48,346 bases of DNA, taken from Candidatus Omnitrophota bacterium (GTDB taxonomy: Bacteria; Omnitrophota; Gorgyraeia; Duberdicusellales; 4484-171). This document shows positions 8,733 to 18,637 of the stretch, one piece after another (within the stretch, counting starts at the first letter, position 1; each line of letters begins with the position of its first letter). The DNA is taken from NCBI GenBank assembly GCA_003565945.1, contig PXAH01000021.1, positions 1 to 48,346 on the forward strand, given 5' to 3'. The position numbers were made by a program, and so were the translations under genes. The notes beneath the pieces are model-generated. The model was given only the letters and a program-made list of their open reading frames with translations, was not told where the DNA came from and did no database searches.

Positions 8733-9943
8733 AGAAACTGCCCGATTTTTGCGGTGTGTATATAATGAAGTCCAGAAGGGGCAGAGTCCTTTATGTAGGT
8801 AAGGCTAATTCTTTAAAAAAGAGGGTAGATAGTTACTTTAGAGTAAATATTTCTGAAAAAAACCGTCTTCTGATGGATAAAGTAAAAAAAATTGAATATA
8901 TAAAATGTGAAAGCCCGGAACAGGCTTTAATTCTTGAGGCGGCGTTAATCAAAGAAAAGAAGCCTAAGTATAATATATCGCTCAAAGATAGCAAGAGTTA
9001 TCCTTATTTGGCTATTACTCAAGAAAAGTATCCGCGTATTTTTATTTTACGTCCCAAAGAGAAAAAAGGCTATTCGCTTTTTGGCCCCTATACCGATACC
9101 AGTTCTCTCAAAAAAGCTTTGCGGGTAATCAGAAAGATTTTTCCTTATTGCTCCTGCTATCCGGCCCGCAAAAAAAGGCTCTGTCTTTATAATCATTTAG
9201 AGCTGTGTCCGGGCCCCTGCACCGGAAAAATTACGGCTGCTCGGTATAATGAAAACATCGAAGGTATTAAAAAAATACTTAAAGGCAAAAGGCCTGAACT
9301 TATCTTTATTTACCGGAAAAAAATGGAGAAACTTGCGTCCTTGCGCAGGTTTGAAGAAGCAGCTTATTTAAGGAATAAAATTCATGCTCTTGAAAACATT
9401 TATAGCTATCAACCTAAAACGCATGAATTAATTGATTTAAAAAGAGCGTTGGGCCTGCCTAGGCTGCCTTTATTGATTGAAGCTGTTGATATATCGGCGC
9501 TGGGAAAAGAAAGTGCGGTTGGGTCAGTTGTAGTTTTTCGCGATGCCGCTTTCGCAAGAAAAGAATATCGACGTTTTTTAATAGAAAGGGTTAAAGGTAT
9601 TGATGATTGTGCTAGGGTAGCTGAAGTTGTGTTTAGGCGGTACCGCCGGCAAAAAAAAGAAAAAAAACCTTTACCGGACTTACTTTTAGTTGATGGGGGA
9701 AGGGGGCAGATTATGAGCGCGAAAAGATGCCTTGATAAACTTAATTTGAGTTTTTCTCTGGTGGGTTTGGCTAAAAAAAATGAAGAGATTTGGCTGCCGG
9801 GTGAGCCTCGGCCGTTAATTTTGCCAAAAACTAGTTCAGCCCTGCATCTTCTCCAGCAGGTCAGGGATGAGGCGCATCGCTTTGCGCGCTCCTACCATTT
9901 ATTACTTCGGCGCCGGAAAACAGCTAAAAAGAAAAAAAGATAA
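8705..9943 (+). CDS. uvrC: excinuclease ABC subunit C, compact form lacking the C-terminal (HhH)2 domain
   Basis: 412 aa. GIY-YIG module (GVYIM...VLYVGKA.SLKKRV.SYF), a UVR-like helix (RRFEEAAYLRNKIHALE) and the RNase H-like endonuclease domain (IEAVDIS...LLLVDGGRGQ...VRDEAHRFA). The protein ends right after the point where HhH motifs normally begin. Confidence 0.8.
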   Translation: MAMDIKEEVKKLPDFCGVYIMKSRRGRVLYVGKANSLKKRVDSYFRVNISEKNRLLMDKVKKIEYIKCESPEQALILEAALIKEKKPKYNISLKDSKSYPYLAITQEKYPRIFILRPKEKKGYSLFGPYTDTSSLKKALRVIRKIFPYCSCYPARKKRLCLYNHLELCPGPCTGKITAARYNENIEGIKKILKGKRPELIFIYRKKMEKLASLRRFEEAAYLRNKIHALENIYSYQPKTHELIDLKRALGLPRLPLLIEAVDISALGKESAVGSVVVFRDAAFARKEYRRFLIERVKGIDDCARVAEVVFRRYRRQKKEKKPLPDLLLVDGGRGQIMSAKRCLDKLNLSFSLVGLAKKNEEIWLPGEPRPLILPKTSSALHLLQQVRDEAHRFARSYHLLLRRRKTAKKKKR

Positions 9944-9946
9944 AAG

Positions 9947-10279
9947 ATGACTGAATTTGAAAAGAAAGTTTTAAGGGTAACCCTGTGTATTCCTTTTGGC
10001 CAGTTGAGGACATATAGGTGGGTTGCCCAGAAGGCCGGCAGGCCCAGAGCCTATAGGGCGGCAGCCAATGCTTTAAAGAAAAATCCTTATCCGGTAATCA
10101 TACCTTGCCATAGGGTTATTAAGTCTTGCGGAGATATCGGCGGCTATTCTCGCGGATGTGAAGAAAAAAGGAAACTAATTAAACTTGAGAAAGAAGCCGT
10201 AAGTATGTTAAAATATCCCAACAAAAACAAAGCCGGCTCTCTTCGGAGCCGCAAATATCATAAGGAGGGTATGGCATGA
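9947..10279 (+). CDS. methylated-DNA--protein-cysteine methyltransferase, DNA-binding/active-site domain only
   Basis: 110 aa. TYRWVA...G.PRAYRAAANAL..NP.PVIIPCHRVI....IGGYS, with the PCHRV active-site motif. Confidence 0.8.
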   Translation: MTEFEKKVLRVTLCIPFGQLRTYRWVAQKAGRPRAYRAAANALKKNPYPVIIPCHRVIKSCGDIGGYSRGCEEKRKLIKLEKEAVSMLKYPNKNKAGSLRSRKYHKEGMA

Positions 10280-11343
10280 ATATAGATAGTCTTTTTCAAT
10301 TGATGATTGATAGTAACGTAACTGATTTATTTGTTAGAGCCGGCGGGCCGGTGAGAGGAAGAGTGGATAGCAAAGTAGTCGGGTTGGGGAAAGACCAAAT
10401 AAATATAGAGCAGATCAATCGCTTGATTGATGCAACCTTAGATAGCCAGGCAAAAAGTGATTTAGAAATTAAAAGAAATTGTGAGTTTGCTCTTTGGCAT
10501 AACGATGACTGGCGTTTCAGATTGAGTGTTTTTTTTCAGAGAAATACACCCACAATAGTAATCCGGAAAATAAATTTACAATTCAGTTCTTTCCAAGACT
10601 TAAACTTGCCCGCTAAAGTTTTATCCAATTTTTGTCAAGAGCGAAGAGGGCTGGTTTTATTAACCGGGACTACCGGATCTGGCAAATCAACCACCATAGC
10701 TACTATGCTTGAACATATAAACAAGAATCTTAATTATCATATTCTTGCGGTTGAGGAACCAATAGAGTTTACTTTTAAGGACAAAATGTCGGTCGTAAAC
10801 CAAAGAGAAATTGGCAAAGATGTTATAAGTTATCAGGCAGCCCTAAAGCAGTTTGCCCTGCATTCTCCGGATGTAATATTTATTGGAAATATTAGGGATG
10901 CTGAAACCTGCCATGCTGTTTTGACCGCGGCTGAAACCGGCGTTTTAGTTTTTTCAACTATCCATACCGTAAATGCTGTTTCAACCATTAAAAGAATAAT
11001 AAATTTTTTTCCTCCCCATCATCATAATTTAGTTCGAGGACAACTTTCTACTCTCTTAAAAGGGGTTGTTTCTCAACGGCTGCTTCCAATGAGCGGCGGC
11101 GGCCTTGTTCCTGCCTATGAATCAATGGTTTTAAGTCCTACTATATCCCGTTTAATTAGGGAAGATAAGGAATGGGAAATACCTCAGTACATAGCTTCGG
11201 GAGATATTTATGGAATGAAGAGCTTCAATCAATCGCTCCTAGAGTTAGTTGAAGCAAAAAAGGTTTCTTCCCGGGTAGCCCTTGATTATTCAGATCAAAA
11301 AGAAGATCTAGGCATGGAACTGCGCAATCGAGGGCTGGTTTAA
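10276..11343 (+). CDS. pilT: PilT-family type IV pilus retraction ATPase
   Basis: 355 aa. Walker A GTTGSGKSTT, the EEPIEF Asp-box region and the His-box TIHT. Overlaps the preceding gene by 4 nt. Confidence 0.85.
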   Translation: MNIDSLFQLMIDSNVTDLFVRAGGPVRGRVDSKVVGLGKDQINIEQINRLIDATLDSQAKSDLEIKRNCEFALWHNDDWRFRLSVFFQRNTPTIVIRKINLQFSSFQDLNLPAKVLSNFCQERRGLVLLTGTTGSGKSTTIATMLEHINKNLNYHILAVEEPIEFTFKDKMSVVNQREIGKDVISYQAALKQFALHSPDVIFIGNIRDAETCHAVLTAAETGVLVFSTIHTVNAVSTIKRIINFFPPHHHNLVRGQLSTLLKGVVSQRLLPMSGGGLVPAYESMVLSPTISRLIREDKEWEIPQYIASGDIYGMKSFNQSLLELVEAKKVSSRVALDYSDQKEDLGMELRNRGLV

Positions 11344-11369
11344 AACCCTGATTGTTAATCTAATGATAT

Positions 11370-12452
11370 ATGGAAGAAGTAAAAAATAAGGTCTTAAAGT
11401 TAAAGGAAGCGGCTTACGAGCTTGAAAAACTTCTTAAAATTCCTGAAAAGAAGGATAGAATTAAGAAATTGCAAGCTGAGATGTCAAAGCCAAGCTTTTG
11501 GCAGGAAAATACTTCTAGCACAGAAATAGTTAGGCAGTTGAAGCATCTTAAAAATGAAGTGTCGAGGTGGCAGTATCTGCATGATAAAATATTTGAATTA
11601 TCTGAATTCGTTGAAATTGGGGATAGTTCTTTGGGTCCGGAGATAATTCGAGAGTTAAATGCTGTTGAGGAAAAATATAATTTATTGCAGCTAGAAACTC
11701 TTTTTTCTTCAAAGTTTGATGATTCTAACGCTATAATTGAAATAAACTCAGGCGCTGGGGGGACTGAAGCTTGTGACTGGGCTTCGATGCTTTTTAGAAT
11801 GTATTTTCGCTGGGCCCAAGAACAGGATTTTGATTTACAAGTTGTTAACCAATTAGATGGGGAAGAAGCGGGCTTGAAAAATATTACTTTTTTTATTACG
11901 GGTCCGAGAGCTTATGGGCTTCTTAAATCAGAAAGGGGAGTGCATCGGTTGGTGAGAATTTCTCCTTTTGATTCCAACCGCCGCCGCCATACATCTTTCG
12001 CGTCGGTTGATGTGCTTCCGGAAGTTAAAGGTGATATTGATGTTGAGATTAAGCCGCAAGATATAAGAGTAGATACATACAGGTCTTCCGGAGCCGGGGG
12101 GCAACACGTAAATGTTACCGACTCAGCGGTTAGGATAACTCACTTGCCTACAGGGATAGTGGTTAGCTGCCAAAACGAACGTTCCCAGCATCAGAATAAA
12201 CAGGCAGCACTTAAGGTTTTAACAGCTAAGCTTTATGAGCTAGAGGAAGAAAAAAAGGAAAAGGAAATTAATAAGGTAGCGGGGAAAAAAAAGAAAATTG
12301 AATGGGGCTCTCAAATTAGGTCTTACGTTCTGCATCCTTATTTGCTGGTAAAAGATCATAGGACAGGAGTTGAAAATCATAATGCCAGCGAGGTTTTAGA
12401 CGGCCGGATAGATAATTTTATCTGGGCTTACCTTAAAAAGAAGAGTAAGTAA
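11370..12452 (+). CDS. prfB: peptide chain release factor 2, one uninterrupted ORF (no +1 frameshift site)
   Basis: 360 aa. SPF tripeptide (RISPFDS) and GGQ motif (SGAGGQHVN). The N-terminal region is continuous in one frame. Confidence 0.95.
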   Translation: MEEVKNKVLKLKEAAYELEKLLKIPEKKDRIKKLQAEMSKPSFWQENTSSTEIVRQLKHLKNEVSRWQYLHDKIFELSEFVEIGDSSLGPEIIRELNAVEEKYNLLQLETLFSSKFDDSNAIIEINSGAGGTEACDWASMLFRMYFRWAQEQDFDLQVVNQLDGEEAGLKNITFFITGPRAYGLLKSERGVHRLVRISPFDSNRRRHTSFASVDVLPEVKGDIDVEIKPQDIRVDTYRSSGAGGQHVNVTDSAVRITHLPTGIVVSCQNERSQHQNKQAALKVLTAKLYELEEEKKEKEINKVAGKKKKIEWGSQIRSYVLHPYLLVKDHRTGVENHNASEVLDGRIDNFIWAYLKKKSK

Positions 12453-12467
12453 AAAAGGGGTTAAAAA

Positions 12468-15323
12468 ATGTTTCGAAACATAGTTTTTCAACGGGCACAG
12501 AAAAAAATCAACAGCTTGCGGCCGGAAGTAAATATTTTATTGAATAAAGAATTGCCGACGCCTTCTGCCAAAGAGATTGCCAGGCTTGCGCCCATTGTGA
12601 GCAAAGTTAATTCTTATGAACTTGGGCTAAAAGAAAAACCGGCTGTTTATTTTCGGGAAAAAACAGTCCAACTAAAGAAAGCTGCCGAAGACAAGTTAAG
12701 GGGTAATGACCATAAGAGCAGAGAAGTTTTTCTCGACCAACTTCTGCCTTTTTATTTTGCTTTGATCAGAGAAGCAGCTAAAAGAACGGTTAAGATGCGT
12801 CATTTTGATGTGCAGATATTAGGGGGGATAGTTTTAAATAAAAATAAAATTGCTGAAATGGTTACCGGCGAAGGAAAGACTTTAGTCGCAACCTTAGCCG
12901 CTTCCTTAAATGCTTTGATTGGCAAAAGTGTGCATATAATTACGGTAAATGATTATTTAGCGAAAAGAGATTCTGAATGGATGGGGCCAATTTATCGCTA
13001 CCTAGGCTTGAGCGTAGGTGTAATTCAACAAGATATGGGCAAGGCCGAAAGAAAAGAAGCCTATAATTGCGATATAACCTACGGAACGAATAATGAATTT
13101 GGCTTCGATTATTTAAGGGATAATATGGTAACTAGCTTAGACAGCATGGTTCAAAGAGGGCATTATTACTCCATAGTTGATGAGGTTGATTCTATTCTGA
13201 TAGATGAGGCAAGAACCCCCTTGATTATTTCCGGCCCGGCTGAAAGTTATGTAAAAAAGTATTACCTGGCAGATAAGGCAGTCCGTCAGCTTAAAGTAAA
13301 ATCGATTATCCAAAGTTTTGAGAATAAGGATGAGACAATAACCATAAAAAACAAGGATGGCTCTGAATTAAAAACTACTCTGGAAGAATTAGAGGGTAAT
13401 TTTGATGCTATAGCTGAGGAGAAAACCGGAAATGCGTTTCTTACCCCTCAGGGTGAAGGAAAATGTGAGCGCTTCTTGGGTGTTGACGATATAAATGAAG
13501 CAAAACCGGACAACCAGTCTAATCCCTGGATGCATTATATTAACCAAAGCTTAAGGGCTTATCAGCATTTCCAGCGCGAAAAAGAATATATTGTAAAAGA
13601 TGGAAAGGTAATGATAGTTGATGAGTTTACTGGCCGCCTTATGCCGGGAAGGCGTTGGTCTGACGGACTTCATCAAGCTGTTGAAGCTAAAGAAGGTTTG
13701 AATATCCAGGAAGAAAGCCAGACTCTAGCTACCATAACCTTACAGAATTATTTCCGTATGTACGATAAGTTAGCCGGGATGACCGGGACCGCCTATACCG
13801 AGGCTAGTGAATTTAAGCATATTTACAAATTAGACGTAGACGCGATTCCTACTAATAAACCTTTAGCCAGAGACAATTATCCGGACAGAATATACAAAAC
13901 AAAAAAAGCAAAATTTCAGGCAGTTATCAACGAAATTAAAGAGTGTAATTCTAGAAAAAGGCCGGTGCTTGTGGGAACTACTTCCATTGAAGATTCAGAA
14001 ACTCTTTCCTTTCTTCTGTCAAAGACCGGCTTGTCCCACAATATATTAAACGCTAAGTATCATGAAAGAGAAGCGCATATTATAGCCCAGGCGGGTAAAA
14101 CAAAAGCAATTACTATTGCTACTAACATGGCAGGCCGGGGTACGGATATCGTTTTGGGAGGCAATGTTGATTATTTCATCAAAGGTCTTTTAGAGCAAAA
14201 TAAAATTTCTCCTGAAGAAGAAGATTATGAAAATAAGTATCAGCAGCTGTATCAGCGCCATAGTCAAGATTTTAAAAAGGAACAACAGGATGTGATTAAA
14301 GCCGGGGGGCTTCATATAATTGGCTCTCAACGTCATGAGGCCCGGAGAATTGATAATCAGCTGCGTGGAAGGTCTGGCCGGCAGGGGGATCCGGGATCTT
14401 CACGTTTTTACGTATCGTTGGAAGATGATCTTATGCGTTTATTTGGTTCTGAGCGCATCTATAACCTTATGGGTACCTTAGGCTTTCCCGAAGACCAGCC
14501 AATAGAGCATGCGATAATAAATAGGTCTCTTGCTTCGGCTCAGAAAAAAGTAGAAGCGCATAACTTTGAAATAAGAAAACAACTTATAAAGTATGATGAC
14601 ATAATGAATAAGCAAAGGGAAGTTATATACGGGCAGCGAAAAGAGATTTTAGAGAGTGAAAGCATAAGAGATATGGTTGTATCGATGTTTGAGGAATTAA
14701 TCGAGAAAAACGTGCCTTTTTATTTTGAAGAAAAAAGGGATTTGCTAGGGTTAACCGGATGGGTCAAGTCAAAATTTAACTTGGAATTAGATTCAATTCA
14801 GATAAAAGAAATGAATCAGGATTCAACAATTAAGTTAATAAAAGAAAGAGCAACTGAAATTTACCGGAAAAAAGAAGAAGAAGCCGGGGCCCGGCAGTTT
14901 CGGGGGCTTGAGAAAATGATTTGTTTGTGGGTTTTAGATTCTAAGTGGAAAGAGCATCTTTTGGTTGTTGATCACCTAAAGGAAGGCATACACCTGCGTG
15001 GGCAAGCTCAGGTTGACCCATTAGTAGAATATCAAAGAGAGGCTTTTTTTGCTTTTGAAGAAATGATTTCTTCGGTTAAAGAAAGGGTGGTTGATTTGAT
15101 TTACAAGGCAAAAGTCAGAACGGAAGAAAAAAGGAATGTTTTTGCCGATAGCCCGAAAAATTTTGTTCATTCAGAGTACTCTCCTTTGCGCAAAAAGGAA
15201 CAACCTGGCAGTAGTCAGGAAAGAGAAAAAAAATCGTTTGCCCCTGCCGGGCAAAAGGTGGGAAGAAATGACCCCTGTCCGTGCGGGTCGGGTAAAAAGC
15301 ATAAGAAATGCTGCGGGCGGTAG
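12468..15323 (+). CDS. secA: preprotein translocase ATPase SecA
   Basis: 951 aa. DEAD-like motor motifs (MVTGEGKTLV, DEVDSILIDEARTPLIISG) and the C-terminal zinc finger CPCGSGKKHKKCCG. Confidence 0.97.
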   Translation: MFRNIVFQRAQKKINSLRPEVNILLNKELPTPSAKEIARLAPIVSKVNSYELGLKEKPAVYFREKTVQLKKAAEDKLRGNDHKSREVFLDQLLPFYFALIREAAKRTVKMRHFDVQILGGIVLNKNKIAEMVTGEGKTLVATLAASLNALIGKSVHIITVNDYLAKRDSEWMGPIYRYLGLSVGVIQQDMGKAERKEAYNCDITYGTNNEFGFDYLRDNMVTSLDSMVQRGHYYSIVDEVDSILIDEARTPLIISGPAESYVKKYYLADKAVRQLKVKSIIQSFENKDETITIKNKDGSELKTTLEELEGNFDAIAEEKTGNAFLTPQGEGKCERFLGVDDINEAKPDNQSNPWMHYINQSLRAYQHFQREKEYIVKDGKVMIVDEFTGRLMPGRRWSDGLHQAVEAKEGLNIQEESQTLATITLQNYFRMYDKLAGMTGTAYTEASEFKHIYKLDVDAIPTNKPLARDNYPDRIYKTKKAKFQAVINEIKECNSRKRPVLVGTTSIEDSETLSFLLSKTGLSHNILNAKYHEREAHIIAQAGKTKAITIATNMAGRGTDIVLGGNVDYFIKGLLEQNKISPEEEDYENKYQQLYQRHSQDFKKEQQDVIKAGGLHIIGSQRHEARRIDNQLRGRSGRQGDPGSSRFYVSLEDDLMRLFGSERIYNLMGTLGFPEDQPIEHAIINRSLASAQKKVEAHNFEIRKQLIKYDDIMNKQREVIYGQRKEILESESIRDMVVSMFEELIEKNVPFYFEEKRDLLGLTGWVKSKFNLELDSIQIKEMNQDSTIKLIKERATEIYRKKEEEAGARQFRGLEKMICLWVLDSKWKEHLLVVDHLKEGIHLRGQAQVDPLVEYQREAFFAFEEMISSVKERVVDLIYKAKVRTEEKRNVFADSPKNFVHSEYSPLRKKEQPGSSQEREKKSFAPAGQKVGRNDPCPCGSGKKHKKCCGR

Positions 15324-15329
15324 CAGCTG

Positions 15330-17237
15330 ATGAATAAGGAATCTCCTCAAAAATACCAAGATTTTGCCAAAAGCTTTAAGGCCGCTCTCACGAACTCTTC
15401 AATTTATTTTAGCAATCACCCTGTCTTTTCTCATTCAGTAGAAAATCTTAAAGCCAAAATACTAGAAATTATTGGGCAAAAAACCTCCTTAACCATAGAG
15501 GTTAAGCCTGAATCTTTAATCGTAGACGAACAGGTTCTGGAGGGAAAAGGGGATCAAGAGCTCGCAAACTTTCTTCATCTTCGAAGAATTAAGCGTTTAA
15601 CCATAAAAAGCGAAGCAACGGAGAAGGATTTATCGGAATTTTTATTACTCCTTTCTTCTAATCCAAAAGAAATTTTAACTCAAGGAGGTATCAAAAAATT
15701 ATTGCAAACAAAAAAGATAGAAAATGTTGCCTTAGATGAGCTTGATTATTCTTCCCTTTTACGGGGAGACGGGACCAGGATAAAGGATGTTTGGAGCTAT
15801 TTGCTTAGCAGTCAGCCTAGTCAAGATAGAAGCAGTAAAGACGACGGGTTTTCAAGCAGCTTTCAGGAAACCGTAGATAAATTTGGCATAAAAGAAGTTT
15901 TGGAAGATGATAATTTACTGCGGAATTTAATTTCAATAATTCAAACAAAAAATAAAGAGAAAGCAAAAGAAATTCTTAAAAAAATGGGTACAGCTATACT
16001 TAAAACAGGAAAAATCGGCCGGGTAGAAAGCAGGGAAAAACTTAAAAAGCTTTTTTCTTTTCTTTCATCTGAGGAATTAGCGGATTTAATACTGGATTCT
16101 TTTAACTCTAAAGCCACCATAGACCAGTCTTCTTTTGATTTGTTTTCTTTTTTAATACCTTCGGAAGTCCATGAAAAAGCCGCTATGGCCTTAAGTGAAA
16201 AAGTAAAAAATAATAATTCAAAAATAAACGCCGAAAAAATAAAAAACATTCTTTCTTCACTCAAAAAAGAGGGGATTGTTTCGACTTACTGCAAACATCT
16301 TCTATCAGATAGCAGTTCGGCCGGCCCACCTAAGGCAAATTTTGTTTTTGACCGTAAGCATTTAACAGATAATTACCGCTTAACTCTTCTTGATTTGTTT
16401 TTTTATGAAAAAAAACCGTTGAGGCTTGAGCTGGTTTTAGAAAAAATAACTGATGAATTGAAGATTGACTTTCCTAAAAAATCTGAATACATAGAAAAGA
16501 TAGCTAAAATTTACAAGCTAAAGCAAAATAAAGAAAAAATAGAAATTTCTTTAAATAGCGCGAAAAAAATATGGGGAGAAACTGAAAAAAATATTTTTTC
16601 ACTTCAAAATCCTAATCAGTTTAGTTTTTTGACAGATTTTTTAGAGAAAAGCCAGTTGGAAGTTGGTTACTATTTAAGTAAAATTGAAAGAGGGCAATTT
16701 AATGAATTGGTTTTTAAGCTATTTTTTCGTTTTTTCCCTGACCAGTTAGGCCGATTGATGGAGGTGGCTGCGGCCAAAAAGGATAACTCCGGCTACTTGA
16801 AGAAATTTTTAGTTGACTTGGCAAAAGCAGGTCATCCGCTTGTTTTAGAAATATTTAAAAACTTGTATAGCTTGGGTTCATTCCAAGTTAAGGTAATGGT
16901 TTTGGAGCAGCTTAAAGATTGCGCTGAATGCAGTCAGGATTTTTTAGCTGTTCCTCTGCGGAGCCGGAACTTTATTCTTCGTAAAAAAGCGGCCGCGCTG
17001 GCAGCTAAATTTCCCGGCTCACGGGAGAAGGCTGCCAAAATGTTTTTTGATTTGCCTAACATTTTGGGCTTTAAATCAAATTTAATTTTAGAAAATATAG
17101 AAATAGCGGCAGAAATTTATAATCCGGCTGTCGAGCCTTTTTTAGAAAAAATAAGTAAATATAAATTTTTCTGGAACAGAAAAGTAAGAAAAAAAGCCGC
17201 TTTTGTTTTAAGAAAATACTATGAAAAACCTGATTGA
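15330..17237 (+). CDS. hypothetical protein: N-terminal module shared with the downstream HD-GYP protein, plus C-terminal HEAT/PBS-lyase-like repeats
   Basis: 635 aa, starts 6 nt after secA. N-terminal residues about 10-130 align by eye with residues about 5-125 of the next protein. The C-terminus has RKKAAALAAKF and RKKAAFVLRKY repeats. Confidence 0.6.
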   Translation: MNKESPQKYQDFAKSFKAALTNSSIYFSNHPVFSHSVENLKAKILEIIGQKTSLTIEVKPESLIVDEQVLEGKGDQELANFLHLRRIKRLTIKSEATEKDLSEFLLLLSSNPKEILTQGGIKKLLQTKKIENVALDELDYSSLLRGDGTRIKDVWSYLLSSQPSQDRSSKDDGFSSSFQETVDKFGIKEVLEDDNLLRNLISIIQTKNKEKAKEILKKMGTAILKTGKIGRVESREKLKKLFSFLSSEELADLILDSFNSKATIDQSSFDLFSFLIPSEVHEKAAMALSEKVKNNNSKINAEKIKNILSSLKKEGIVSTYCKHLLSDSSSAGPPKANFVFDRKHLTDNYRLTLLDLFFYEKKPLRLELVLEKITDELKIDFPKKSEYIEKIAKIYKLKQNKEKIEISLNSAKKIWGETEKNIFSLQNPNQFSFLTDFLEKSQLEVGYYLSKIERGQFNELVFKLFFRFFPDQLGRLMEVAAAKKDNSGYLKKFLVDLAKAGHPLVLEIFKNLYSLGSFQVKVMVLEQLKDCAECSQDFLAVPLRSRNFILRKKAAALAAKFPGSREKAAKMFFDLPNILGFKSNLILENIEIAAEIYNPAVEPFLEKISKYKFFWNRKVRKKAAFVLRKYYEKPD

Positions 17238-18558
17238 AGATTTTTTGCGTTTTTTTTCCTCGTCTCTCCAGATGGCGCGAATGTATGGAAGTGAGCATCC
17301 GGAATTTAATAAAATTTTAGGACGAGCTTACCAAAGCCTTAAGCTCATATTGTCGGGGCGAAGGGAGTGGGTCTTAGCGGTTGTGGAGAATGAATTAGTT
17401 AGTGGGGATGACATTTTTTTTGACTTAAGCAAAAAATTAGTTGATCTGGTAGAAAAATTAAAAGCTAAGGGTTTTGAGAGGGTAACTTTTCTGAAAGGGC
17501 TTAGCGAAAAAGAGTTTAAGTCGTTTCTTTTGTTTTTCCTTTTACCGGATGAAGATAGCGTTAGTGTTGATAGATATTTTAAGTTAAAAAATATTGAAAA
17601 TATAACAATCGGTAGGTTACGGGAATCCGGCTCCGGTAGGGTGGAGGCTAGTAATTTCAGCCAAAATTCTTTAGCTGCTGTTTATCCGAAATTGATTTCC
17701 GGCTTGTCTTCTGCTTTTGCTGATTTGACCGGAGGCCGGCAGGTTAATTTTGATAATTTTGACTTAGCAATTGATAGCTTAATAAAAGGCGCGGACAGCT
17801 ATTATCAAGAATTTTTGCGCCTTTCTCAAATTAAAAGAAAGGATAGCATTACTTTTGCTCATATTTTAAACGTTTCTTTTTTAGCTATAAGTTTTTCGAG
17901 GTATTTAGGTTTTGATGATTCTTTGTGTCGGGAAATTGGTTTTGCCGCTCTCTTTCATGATCTTGGCAAAATTTATATTTCTAATAGAATATTAAAAGGA
18001 AAAAAAATAACTGATAAAGAGTTTGAGCAGATAAAAAGCCACTCTATCTTGGGAGCTGAGCTTCTATTGCGCCACATAGACAGAGTTGGGCTGTTGGCGC
18101 TGGTCGCTGCCTTTGAGCATCATCTCAGACCTGATTCAAGAGGTTATCCTAGTCCTAAATTTTCCCGCCGCCTTCATCTTGGTTCAATGTTGATATCTAT
18201 TTGTGATGTTTATGACGCTTTGGGCCAGCGGCGGGATTATAAAACTGACTATCCGCCTGAAAGGATATATAAAATTATGATGCAGGGGAAAGGGGAGCAA
18301 TTTCAGGCTGACCTTTTAGATACTTTTTTTCAGTTTATGGGAGTCTGGCCAAATGGAACAATTGTTTTTTTGTCCGATGCCAGGGTTGCTAGGGTAGAAA
18401 GCCAAAATCCTGATGACATTTTTTCTCCTAACGTCAAGGTTTTCTCGGACGAACCTTCTGAAAGGATTGATTTGAGAAGTTGCAGGCCAGGCCTAAAGAT
18501 CGAGAAGTCTCTCAGCCCTCATGGAGAAGGAAAAAAATACTTATCCGAAAGCTCATAA
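17221..18558 (+). CDS. HD-GYP domain protein (putative c-di-GMP phosphodiesterase) with an uncharacterised N-terminal module
   Basis: 445 aa. HDLGKIYI (HD) and EHHLRPDSRGYP (GYP, with HHL in place of HHE). Overlaps the upstream ORF by 17 nt. Confidence 0.85.
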   Translation: MKNLIEDFLRFFSSSLQMARMYGSEHPEFNKILGRAYQSLKLILSGRREWVLAVVENELVSGDDIFFDLSKKLVDLVEKLKAKGFERVTFLKGLSEKEFKSFLLFFLLPDEDSVSVDRYFKLKNIENITIGRLRESGSGRVEASNFSQNSLAAVYPKLISGLSSAFADLTGGRQVNFDNFDLAIDSLIKGADSYYQEFLRLSQIKRKDSITFAHILNVSFLAISFSRYLGFDDSLCREIGFAALFHDLGKIYISNRILKGKKITDKEFEQIKSHSILGAELLLRHIDRVGLLALVAAFEHHLRPDSRGYPSPKFSRRLHLGSMLISICDVYDALGQRRDYKTDYPPERIYKIMMQGKGEQFQADLLDTFFQFMGVWPNGTIVFLSDARVARVESQNPDDIFSPNVKVFSDEPSERIDLRSCRPGLKIEKSLSPHGEGKKYLSESS

Positions 18559-18637
18559 TTTTTTAATCGCTAAGCAGGATTGTAAGTACAAAGTGTTTTA
18601 CCCCCTTGTTTTTTTGTGATATAGTTAAAAGCAAATT

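Noticed and set aside
11370-12452. A programmed +1 frameshift site in prfB.
   Set aside because: The RF2 ORF is continuous from MEEVKNK... through the SPF and GGQ motifs. No in-frame TGA interrupts the N-terminal region, so this prfB is of the unframeshifted type.
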